Positions 11,843 to 22,502 of a stretch of DNA of 64,000 bases are shown one piece after another (position 1 is the stretch's first letter; each line of letters begins with the position of its first letter). Source of the DNA: Octopus bimaculoides (Eukaryota); NCBI RefSeq assembly GCF_001194135.2, contig NC_068993.1, positions 27,977,908 through 28,041,907 of the forward strand, written 5' to 3'. A model generated the notes under the pieces. It had not been told where the DNA came from, did not search any database, and saw nothing but the letters and a program-made list of their open reading frames with translations. The translations under genes were made by a program, and so were the position numbers.

Positions 11843-12442
11843 CCCACATTCTGATATTACCACTTCTTTCTATTCTCCACTTTCAGCTCATGGAATTTTC
11901 TCATCCAGTATATCCTTTTTAAATAACATCACTTACCCACACCTGTGTAGTTGTACATTGACTGATTCCCAGCATCTCTATTTATTCAGCTTTTACTCAG
12001 TCTTTCATTAGAGCTAACATTACACATCCAACACACCCTTGCTGCAGATCTTCTGAATTTAATACCTATGTTTTACTTGCACTGCATTCTCTGAAAATTT
12101 TCATATAGTCTTATTTGCATCCAGACAAAAATTCATTGTCACTAACGGTCAACAGTTCTTGAACTTAGCTAACTCCTTTCTACTGTTTTTGCTACATTCC
12201 CCAGTTCTAATTAGACCGCACAGATAACATGTATTGACATACACATCTAGTGGACCATTTGAGTAATTCATGATTTCATCTTATGTGTACCCATACAAGT
12301 AACTATCCTGTACATCTTAGCATTTTTCAATTCTGGTTCTTTACTAATCTACTTAAGATTCCTCTGCATCTTTTATGTAACTGTTATTTGTGCAATGTAC
12401 ACAGTATTGAGTTTTTATCTTTCCTATATATCTATAATGTGT

Positions 12443-12815
12443 GGAGGCGCAATGGCCCAGTGGTTAGGGCAGCGGACTCGCGGTTTCGATTCCCAGACCG
12501 GGCATTGTGAGTGTTTATTGAGCGAAAACACCTAAAGCTCCACGAGGCTCTGGCAGGGGATGGTGGCGAACCCTGCTGTACTCTTCCACCACAACTTTCT
12601 CTCACTCTTTCTTCCTATTTCTGTTGTGCCTGTAATTCAAAAGGTCAGCCTTGTTACACTGTGTCACGCTGAATATCCCCGAGAACTACGTTAAGGGTAC
12701 ATGTGTCTGTGGAGTGCTCAGCCACTTGCACGTTAATTTCACGAGCAGGCTGTTCCGTTGATCGGATCAACTGGAACCCTCGACGTCGTAAGCGACAGAG
12801 TGCCAACAACAACAA
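12443..12815 (+). mobile_element. tRNA-derived SINE, family 1
   Basis: Head ggaggcgcaatggcccagtggttagggc with A-box TGGCCCAGTGG and B-box GGTTTCGATTCC, and a (CAA)n tail. Near-identical copies at 15400, 45955(-) and 54451. Confidence 0.9.
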
Positions 12816-12919
12816 TCTATAATGTAAGGCCACCTTAAGATGGCACTAGGTTCTTGCACCTTGTCGCTGCCTAACACATTGGTTTTTATTCTGTTGACAT
12901 TCAGACATAGAAATATTGA

Positions 12920-13110
12920 TTTCAGATTTTGGCACAAGGTCAGCAACATTGGGTGGTGGGGTGTAAGTAGATTACATTGACCACAATGTTCAACCGATAC
13001 TTATTTTATTGCCCCAAAAGGATGAAAGGCAATATCAACCTCATCAGAATTGGAAGCTCAGAATGTAAAGTCAGCATTTTGCTTGGCATGCTAATGATTC
13101 TACCAGCTTG
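12920..13110 (-). mobile_element. Degenerate SINE, family 3
   Basis: aaattttggcacaagg...aaaggatgaaaggcaa...tgccagct pattern shared with 11633-11842 and 41286-41498. Confidence 0.65.
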
Positions 13111-13269
13111 CCATCTTTGTTACTGAAGAAATATTGGCTGTTGTTATTACTACTGCCTTACATACTCACTTGAAGGCAGCCAATCTGTAATTTGGTTACT
13201 TTGAACAAACCTATGTTAATGTAAAGTGAAATTTCCTAGGATATGTGTAGGTGAGGTGATAGTGGCCTA

Positions 13270-14025
13270 TCTTAAAACAATTACTTCAAAAATACAACTG
13301 ACAGACTTGAGGCTGCATAAAGAAGTACTGATTTCTAATTGTGGAGGGAACCTGTGGAAGGGGTAGACCCAGGCGAGATGAGAGGTGAAGTGGTGAGAAA
13401 TGGTCTTCAGATGCTGAGCCTCGCAGAGATGACAAGTGTCTGAGACTTCTAACAATTTGCTGTACTTGAGAAGACACATCAAGCTAAGTGAAAACATGGC
13501 CATCTACACATGCATGCATGTCCTTTACGGACATTTTCCACCTGCCTTACACACACATATACATTATCTGACCTCTGTCAAAACTCTCCCATCTTCCCAA
13601 CACCTGCTGCAGACCCCACCCCTCCCCTCCCCGCTCTCATGTGCTACATGCACTCTCTTCATGCCCTCACATATCAATCTCTCCAAATTCCCTCACTAGC
13701 ACTTGCTACAGTCATGTCTTCCCCATCTCTAAATATATCTCCTCACAGAACATCCTTCTCTACTACTTATACCCCCTCCACTGTTCACTATGGGTAGGCC
13801 CTAATACATCTTCAATACCATCTATTTCTCTCTAACATAAAAAGCACCAATGCTGGTGCCATGTAAAAAGCATCCAGTACACTCTGTATAGTGGTTGGCA
13901 TCAGGAAGGGCATCCAGCCACAAAAATCATGCTAAAACTGATAAGTGGAGCCTGGTGCAACTCTCCATCTTGCCAGCTTCTGTCGAACTGTTCAGCCCAT
14001 GCCAGTATGGAAAGTGGATGTTAAC
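13270..14025 (+). mobile_element. RTE LINE 3' fragment (end of ORF plus 3' UTR)
   Basis: gtggagggaacctgtggaaggggtagacccagg encodes VEGTCGRGRPR. It is followed by a pyrimidine-rich UTR and the family end ccatgccagtatggaaagtggatgttaa. Confidence 0.75.
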
Positions 14026-14029
14026 TTTC

Positions 14030-15300
14030 AATCTTGGCATGGTTTCTACATGCCTTGATGTCTTTTCTAATGCCAACCACTTTACTGAATGTACTGGGTA
14101 CTTTTTATGTGGCATCAGCACTGATGTAGTCACCAAGTACCTTGCATGACAAAAAGGCAAAAGAAGACAAAAGACAGAGACCCCCTCTCAACTGGGAGTG
14201 GAGATGACTTGAGAGATTAAAGGTATAGAGGGACAGAGATATGTATCTTGCTGTAGATACATAGATTACCCAGTTGGAAGAGAAAGGAGAGTGAGATAGA
14301 GAGTAAAATAAGATAAGGAGAGCAATAGTGAGAGAAATGATGAAAATGTGTTGGAACATGCTCTCGAAAGACTTTGGGAGTGGTGAGAATAAGTGAAGTG
14401 ATAAAGAGATTTGGACTGGGTAATTGGATAGCATTGAGGTGACCAAAGCAAATGATAAAGAGAAACCTAGGAGAGGCTTGGGGATGGGGTTGCAGTAGAT
14501 ATGTGAGGACATTGTGGGTGATAGCAGATAAGTGAGGTGTTAATGATGGAGAAGAACACAGTGGGGGGGAAGAGAAGGTGCAGAAAGATGATTGTTAGAG
14601 ACAGTAGGTTGAGTAAGATAACGAGAAATGAAAGTGGTTTGCGTTGGGGAAGAAAGGTAATTGAGAAAGCTGGAGGGATGTAGCATGTGCCTATTCTGCC
14701 CTTATGATAGAGAAGTGATAAGTGTTAGGGTATAAAATGTGGGGGAGGGAAAAGGTGACAGGGTAGAGCCCCACATGGACAAGCGTTACCAAGCTGGATT
14801 AAGGATATCAGTTCTGTTGTGGTCAGCGGGTCTTCTTGAGTACAACAAGGCACCTGATATCTTAGTCCTTTGTCATCTTTGTAAGGCTGTGTTTTGAGAT
14901 CAGCCTTCAATACTTCATCCCATGTCTTCCTAGGTCTACCTCTTCCACAAGTTCCATCCATTCTAAATGATCAGCACTTCTTTATGCAACTGTCCTCATC
15001 CATATGCATCACATGATCAAACCAGCACAGTCTGCTCTTTTGCGCTCTACATCTAATTCCTCTTATGCTTAACTTTTCTCTTGATATACTTGCACTCTGT
15101 CACGCATGTACATTGACATTGCACATCTAGTGGAGCATACTAACTTCATTCCTCTCTAGCTTGCTCATGTTCTCTGTATTCAGGGCTCACATCTCTCTAC
15201 CTCATAGTATTGCTGTTCTTATACAACCTTCCTTTCACTTGCAGACAAAAAACCTTTGGTTGCCCACAGACTAAAGCTCTCTCAACTTTCTCCATCCTGT
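14030..15300 (-). mobile_element. RTE LINE 3' fragment (opposite orientation)
   Basis: Minus-strand ORF 14725-14961 begins MDGTCGRGRPRKTWDEVLKADL. Upstream antisense text matches the RTE C-terminus, and the purine-rich plus strand is the mirror of the UTR. Confidence 0.75.
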
Positions 15301-15399
15301 TCTTATTCTAACGTGTGTGTGTTGTACTATCAGTAGGAGTAATTTTACCAATAAAATCACACGCTAATTTTTTTTTTTTGTTATTATTATTAATTAACT

Positions 15400-15780
15400 G
15401 GAGGCGCAATGGCCCAGTGGTTAGGGCAGTGGACTCGCGGTCATAGGATCGCGGTTTCGATTCCCAGACCAGGCGTTGTGAGTGTTTATTGAGCGAAAAC
15501 ACCTAAAGCGCCATGAGGCTCCGGCAGGGGATGGTGGCGAACCCTGCTGTACTCTTTCACCACAACTTTCTCTCACTCTTACTTCCTGTTTCTGTTGTGC
15601 TTGTAATTCAAAGGGTCAGCCTTGTCACACTGTGTCATGCTGAATATCCCCAAGAACTACGTCAAGGGTACACGTGTCTGTGGAGTGCTCAGCCACTTGC
15701 ACATTAATTTCACGAGCAGGCTGTTCTGTTGATCGGATCAACTGGAACCCTCGACGTCATAAGCGACAGAGTGCCAACAA
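15400..15780 (+). mobile_element. tRNA-derived SINE, family 1, with a 12-bp TSD
   Basis: Full-length copy. Direct repeat tattaattaact at 15388-15399 and 15781-15792. Confidence 0.92.
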
Positions 15781-17006
15781 TATTAATTAACTAATTAAAC
15801 AGTTGTCTAGGCAATTCTTTATCCAATCATTTAATTAGTTAGTTTGCTTGAGCTTTTTCCTTATCTACTTCAGGTCTGTTACAGCCACAAACTAGATACA
15901 TTGTTTTTTCTTCAGTACTTTTGAATTTTGTGTGTTTATAGGTGTTCATTTGGATTTAAGTGGTTTTTTTAATCATTAATTTTGCCGTGGAGATTATTTG
16001 TGAAAGTGAGGTAGAGTTCTACACTGGATATCAATTAAAACTGGATCTTTTCCTAAAACAGTGTCAATGCTATGAGATAAAGACATTTTACCTCACCAGA
16101 TTTGATCAAGGCAGACTACCTACCATAACCTCAACAGTAAAAAAAAAAAAAAGAACCCCACTGAACAATGGTAATATAAACTGACTCAGAGAGTTTGGAA
16201 CGATTTACAGTACAAACATTTTCGATCTTCTTTTTGATCAATCTCGTTGATATTCAAAGTTTTCTTTGCTTTCTGCAAGAGCTTAATTTTCAAGGAATTG
16301 GACTGATGCAAGAAGACATGCAGAAAATAACCTCATCTACCATAAGGCCATGCACAAAGCGAGAAAAATTTTGAAAGTAACTCTTTTACAATATTTTAAA
16401 ATCAATAAAAGCATTTCATTTTTGTGCATAGGTTGATTCATGACAATAAACCCATCCAAACTCCAGAAAACTAATCGGTCGAGCAAGGTGATCATACATT
16501 GAAAGATGATAGATTTAGATTCAACTACAAATTATACATGAAAAATGGGGCAGTCATCAGTGTCAGTATTGCTAGAGATGTGATTAGTCTCTTTGTGGTT
16601 TGTTGGAATAGAAGACTTAGGCAATGTTTAGAAGAGAATCCCTTAACTATGATTAAATGGATCTGAAATATAGACTATATAAATCTTCTAGTTAAGGCTT
16701 CACAAAACAATAGCAATGAACTTGGAAAGCTTCCTGCTTATAGTGAGCTCCGTTCATCTGAGTTACAATAGACTACCCATGCAAACATACAAATGATTGA
16801 TTGCCTGTCCTTGATGCTAAACTGGCTTGAAATAATAAATGACTAAATACAGCACTTCCATTCACATCAATGGAACCCCATTTCTTTTAAATATTTAGTT
16901 TATAAAAACTCTGTTGTATCTAAAAACATAAAAATATATTAAAGGCAAACTTATTAAAAATGATGAAAATTATATCCTTCTGTTTGCTAAACTTGTAAAA
17001 TGAATA

Positions 17007-17415
17007 CCGTAAATCCTAGAGTATAATACGCAGGGGATATTTAGGGGGCTGTACCTCTGAAAAACCTAAACCTTGTGTATAATACGCACCCCTTCTCTAA
17101 CTTGAGTCAAGGAGGTCTATATAATGTTCTTGGTTTGTAAACATATATATGGTAACGTCCTTATTATTGTATATATAACACAATGCAAATGTGTAGCTTT
17201 TTTGTGCACTTTGCAGAAAATAAAGAAATAACAGTAATAACGTCAGTGAAAAATAAATATAGCTTAAGGTATTTTCACGCCCGACTTCACAAAATGCGTC
17301 TGAATAAACATTGCCAGACAGCAAATAGAGACTTAGACATTGCTTAGAAAATATTTTTCATTTTTGACCTTTAAATTTTGGGGGAAAAATGCGGATTATA
17401 CTTGAGGATTTACGG
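17007..17415. mobile_element. Pogo/Tigger-like MITE
   Basis: TIRs ccgtaaatcctagagtataat / attatacttgaggatttacgg, flanked by TA on both sides. Confidence 0.8.
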
Positions 17416-17509
17416 TATACACAAGATTTCATTTACTGTATGAAGTTTTCCAAATGATACAAAAAGGACAGAATCAGTGGGGACAAGAAAATGTTAGAAA
17501 ATAGTGATT

Positions 17510-17745
17510 ATACAAAGACATGTGGAGACACACATGCACACATAACAGGTGCACATACATACTCACACAAGCTCATACACATAGACACACTCAAACATGC
17601 ACATGCAAGGAAGCAGAGGTACACACACATACATACACAAAGGCATGCACACACACACACAAACACATGAATATACAAGATACATGCATATACACATATA
17701 CATACCCAAGCACCCTGGTGTGCACACACACTCACGCAACAATAT
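17510..17745. repeat. Degenerate (CA)n-rich low-complexity tract
   Basis: Alternating cacacatacaca-type sequence. It is the source of spurious His/Thr/Val/Cys-rich ORFs. Confidence 0.9.
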
Positions 17746-17974
17746 CTCACAAAAAAAAACAAAGGAACACAGCTTCAATAATGGACAGTCAGAGTCAAAA
17801 TTCATTGATTCGGTTGCAAATGCAGCAACAAAAAAGCTTTCTGAAATAAATAAATGAGTGGAAAGTGAATATGTTATATTAAGGCACTATGATTCTCCCC
17901 AGATACAACAAAATTTGTTTCAACACACAAATTCACATAAAGAATCTTGCAAACCAGATACAAAAATGAAGTAT

Positions 17975-19335
17975 ATCATCATCGATTAATGTCCGTTTTC
18001 CATGCTGGCATGGGTTGGACTGTTTGAGGTCTGAAGTGCCAGCAGCTGGACGTTCATCCTAACGCCAACCACTCCGATAGTGTACTGAGTGCTTTTACAT
18101 GCCACCGGCACAGGAGTCAGTATGGCGGGCCTGGCAGCAATCACATTCGGATGGTGCTTTTGATGTGTCACTGGCACAGGAACCAGTACAGGGGTACTGA
18201 CATCGGTCACGATTGATTGGTGCTTTTTACATGCCACCGGCACCAGAGCCAGTATGGCAGGCTTGGCAACAAACGTTCAGATGGTGCTTTTTAAGTGCCA
18301 CCGGCACAAGAGTCACTCAGCAGAGTCCTGGCATCAATCACAATCAGTTGGTGTTTTTTACATGCCACTAGCACAGTAGCCAGTCATGCGGACCTGTGTT
18401 CGACTACGTTCGGATGGTGCCTTTGATGTGCCATCAGCATGGAAGCCAGCCTGAGGGCACTGGCCCCAGCTATGATATTGGTTTTACTTGACTTCTCAAG
18501 TATATCGTATTGCCCAATGAATCAAGAGTATTTTTAACAGGGCTGGATGTGTGTGGCTGCCATCTCACTTTAGTTGCCGGGTCTTCTCAATCACAGCATA
18601 TCTCCAAAGGTCTCAGTTTCCTAGCATTGCCTCTGTGAGGCCCAATGTTTGAAGGTCATACTTCACCATCTCATCCCATGTCTTCCTGGGTCTACCTCTT
18701 CTACAGTTAGGGAGTGGCACTTACATAACACATGGCCATACCAGCGTAGTCGTCTCTCTTGCACATCACATTGATGCTTCTTATGCCCAACTTTTCTCTC
18801 AGGGCGCTTACACTCTGTCATGTATGCATACTGACATTACACATCCAGCAGATCATACTAGCTTCATTTCTTTCAAGTCTACGCATGTCCTCAGCATTCA
18901 TGGCCCATGTTTCACTGCTGTATAGCATGGCAGTTCGTACACATGCATCATACAGTCTACCTTTCACCGTGAGCGAGAGGCCTTTAGTTGCCAGCAGAGG
19001 TAGGAGCTTCCTGAACTTTGCCCAGACTATTCTTACTCTAGTCGTTACACTCTCAGAGCAACCATCCCCACTACAGACTTGGTTGCCTAAGTGGCAGAAG
19101 CTATTAACTACTTCTAGTTTCCTTCCCTGGCATGTGATGGAATCTGTTTTCTGTACATCTTCAGTGTTTATTGCCCCAGTGCATCTGCCACACACAAAAA
19201 CTATCTTCCCGGTTAACCTTCCTTTGATATTGCTGCACCTTTTACGTGTCCATAGCTTACACCAAGTACATTGTATGGAGTTTCTCCCATGCCTTTTCTA
19301 CAGATCAAGCAGGGCCATCTCCGTGAAGGGGGTTG
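17975..19335 (-). mobile_element. 5'-truncated RTE LINE (RT C-terminus, VNTR-containing 3' UTR, (GAT)n tail)
   Basis: ORF 18818-19195 contains VCSGDGCSESVTTRVRIVWAKFRKLLPLLATKGLSLTVKGRLYDACVRTAMLYSSETWA, a typical RTE C-terminus. Collinear with 54851-56172. Confidence 0.9.
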
Positions 19336-21139
19336 TGATTTGACAGAGCTTTGCAATATTTTTTCTGTGTGCTCTGAGTTCAAATTCTACTAAGATCAAT
19401 TTGCTTGCCACACCTTCAGGTTGATAAATAGAGTACCAGTCCAGAGTAGTGGATTGGTGGAATTAGAGTGTTGGACTAGATGTTTTGCAGTGTTTGTGCT
19501 TGTTCTGAGTTCAAATCCTTCTACTCTCACAAAAAAGTATTTAAAAAAAAAATTAAAAAATAATAAAAAAACAGAAAGAAAAAAAATATGTTATAGGTTG
19601 CAGCCTAGAAAAACAGTTTCCTTCGGTTGATTAGAGAATCAGCTATCATACTTCTTTGAACCACACAGAATCCTCCCAAAATATACATAGTATATTTTGG
19701 GAGGATTTTATATGTGTGTATATAAGCATTTATATTTGTGTGTACATGTATTTGGCCATGCATGTATGTATGACAGATTACTCAGTTATTTTGTAATATT
19801 GTACTGTAGGTTATGTTGCATTAAATTGTGTTGAACACTCCTATCTTTTCTTTCATGACCAGCCCATCATTTCTGCCTCAAAAATTCAGCAGAGCGACAT
19901 TACTGATCCTAGGTGTCAATGATATTGTTAGGATGGAGTCTGACTAGGATCTGAATGTTTGGTATTGTAATGATGCACTTTTGTGGACCAATAAAATAAA
20001 GCCCATGCTATAACAAAGTTGATGAAGGACTTGGACACACAGGTCAAGTTAACAGTTCTAAACATATACAACAGGTACTTAATTACCCATTTTTCACATC
20101 ACAGTGGAACTATTCAACAAATTCTTCATCATCACACCTTCCTCATTTCTGATCTTACTTTTGAGCCTACTTTCTTTGTAAGATATTAAACCTTAAACAA
20201 TTACTTAAAAACATTGATGTAATTAAGCCGCTTCAAGGCTTTTTATTATTCTTGAGAATTAATTGTCAATCTATAAATTACTATACATTTTGAGATATAT
20301 TGTCCCTCATTTAGATTCTTATCATCCCTGCAGATTTTTGATAATTAAATTTATAAGAGTTTTCAAAGTTTGGTCAATATCAAATTTGCTTTGAAAATAT
20401 ATGAATAGGCTACATTACACAAATGATTCACAGGCCTGAGTTTGCATAATTGATCTTCTTTATCCCTTCCCTGTTTCTTTTCTTCCATTTGTGTTTACTC
20501 CACTTTGGTGCTAACATCCTCTGTTTTTCAACATGGACTTGCTCCAATGAGGAGATGGTTGAGACTCTACAACTGTGGAAGGGGGTTGTTTCATTCCAGA
20601 GAATGATAAATTGACTTTAAAAATTTGAGACAATTTACAGTTGAAACATTTTCGACTCTCTATGAGTGTTCAATTGAGGTAAGAAGACAAATTGAAAATG
20701 CCTCGGCTGCCATAAGGTCATGCACAGAGAAAAAAAAAAACATACAATATTTTAAAATCAACAAAAATACTTAATTTTCATGCATATGTTGATGCATAAC
20801 AATAAATTTGTAAAACATTAAACTGCATCCAATTTATTTATAAGTTTTCACATGCTTTTTATTTTATAAAAATTTAAAATTTTTCAGTGATTTTATATGT
20901 GTGTGTGTATCAATGTATCAAGCACATTGTCAGATGTTATACATTGCTAGTCACAATGTATTTCCAGTTCTTTCTTGTACCATCCTTTTCCATCTCAACA
21001 ACACGGCCATGCATGCATCTCTTATGTGAGCGTTGGATGAAAATATGCTACTGTTGTCAGTGGAGTGAATGCCTCATCTATAGCAAAATGTGGTGAGTCA
21101 GTTTTGAGAAATAAGAATCCTTATTAAAAAGAAGTTTAA

Positions 21140-21404
21140 ATAGGCACAGGCACAGCCATGTTGTAAGAAGCTTGCTACCCAACCACGTGGTTCTGGGTTT
21201 AGTCCCACTGCAAAGCACCTGGGGCAAGTATCTCCTGCTGTAGCTTCAGGCTGACCAAAGCCTTGTGAGTGGATTTGATAGATGGAAACTGAAAGAAGCC
21301 CATTGTATATAAAATGTGTCTTTGTGTTTGCTCCACCACCACCATTTGACAACCAGTGTAGGCTTGATTGGCAAAAAGATATTGACAAAATAAGTACCAG
21401 ACTT
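21140..21404 (+). mobile_element. tRNA-derived SINE, family 2 (CORE-like), cut by the gap
   Basis: ataggcacagg...cccactgc...cacctggggcaagt...ggaaactgaaagaagccc matches the other family-2 copies. Confidence 0.8.
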
Positions 21405-21677
21405 NNNNNNNNNNNNNNNNNNNNNNNNNNNNNNNNNNNNNNNNNNNNNNNNNNNNNNNNNNNNNNNNNNNNNNNNNNNNNNNNNNNNNNNNNNNNNNNN
21501 NNNNNNNNNNNNNNNNNCCATCCTTTTCCATCTCAACAACACGGCCATGCATGCATCTCTTATGTGAGCGTTGGATGAAAATATGCTACTGTTGTCAGTG
21601 GAGTGAATGCCTCATCTATAGCAAAATGTGGTGAGTCAGTTTTGAGAAATAAGAATCCTTATTAAAAAGAAGTTTAA

Positions 21678-22050
21678 ATAGGCACAGGCACAGCCATGTT
21701 GTAAGAAGCTTGCTACCCAACCACGTGGTTCTGGGTTTAGTCCCACTGCAAAGCACCTGGGGCAAGTATCTCCTGCTGTAGCTTCAGGCTGACCAAAGCC
21801 TTGTGAGTGGATTTAGTAGACGGAAACTGAAAGAAGCCCGTCGTATATATGTGTGTGTGTTTGTCCTCCCACCAACGCTTGACAACCGATGGTGGTGTGT
21901 TTACGTCCCCGTAACTTAGCGGTTCGGCAAAAGAGACCGATAGAATAAGTACTAGGCTTCCAAAGAATAAGTCCTGGGGTCGATTTGCTCGACTAAAAGG
22001 CAGTGCTCCAGCATGGCCGCAGTCAAATGACTGAAACAAGTAAAAGAGTA
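21678..22050 (+). mobile_element. tRNA-derived SINE, family 2, full length
   Basis: Head as above, central (TA)/(TG) microsatellite, and tail ggcagtgctccagcatggccgcagtcaaatgactgaaacaagtaaaagagta. Confidence 0.88.
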
Positions 22051-22502
22051 ATGTATAAAAATTTACATTAAAACTGTATATACATGTATAAGGAAACCAG
22101 TTGGTAGTCATTCGAGCATCAAATTGATTGCTTTGCAATAATCCTTCTAGCATTGGGTCTTGAGTTCAAATTCTGTCAACATCAATTTTGCCTTTCATCC
22201 TACCGAGGTTGATAAATAAAATGCGAGTCCTATACTGGGGTTGCTTCCCTTAGTTTCACTCTTTCTGCATTACAATAGTGGTAGTTAATGTTTTGTCACT
22301 TCAAATTATTTTGTTATCCATGCAAGACTCACAGAAAATTATTCATCTAAAAAATTTTTTTACATCCAATAAACATATGTTTTAATACTCTCTCATATAT
22401 GCTTCACCAGAAATGTCACAGTTATGATTTTATTCTTGTGAATAAGCTTGAGTAAGAAAACTGGTAAATTATGTAAAAAATGCTTTCCTTCAAAACACAG
22501 TG

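Noticed and set aside
12443-12520. tRNA-like sequences at SINE heads
   Set aside because: They have A and B boxes but no complete cloverleaf, and they continue into multi-copy SINE bodies, so they are not tRNA genes.
17508-17857. His/Thr- or Val/Cys-rich ORFs (also at 51505-52330, 56297-56766 and 42392-42818)
   Set aside because: These are translations of (CA)/(TG)/(TA) low-complexity DNA.
18085-18480. CRISPR-like regularly spaced repeats
   Set aside because: The spacers are homologous to each other, the context is eukaryotic, there are no cas genes, and the array is part of an RTE 3' UTR.
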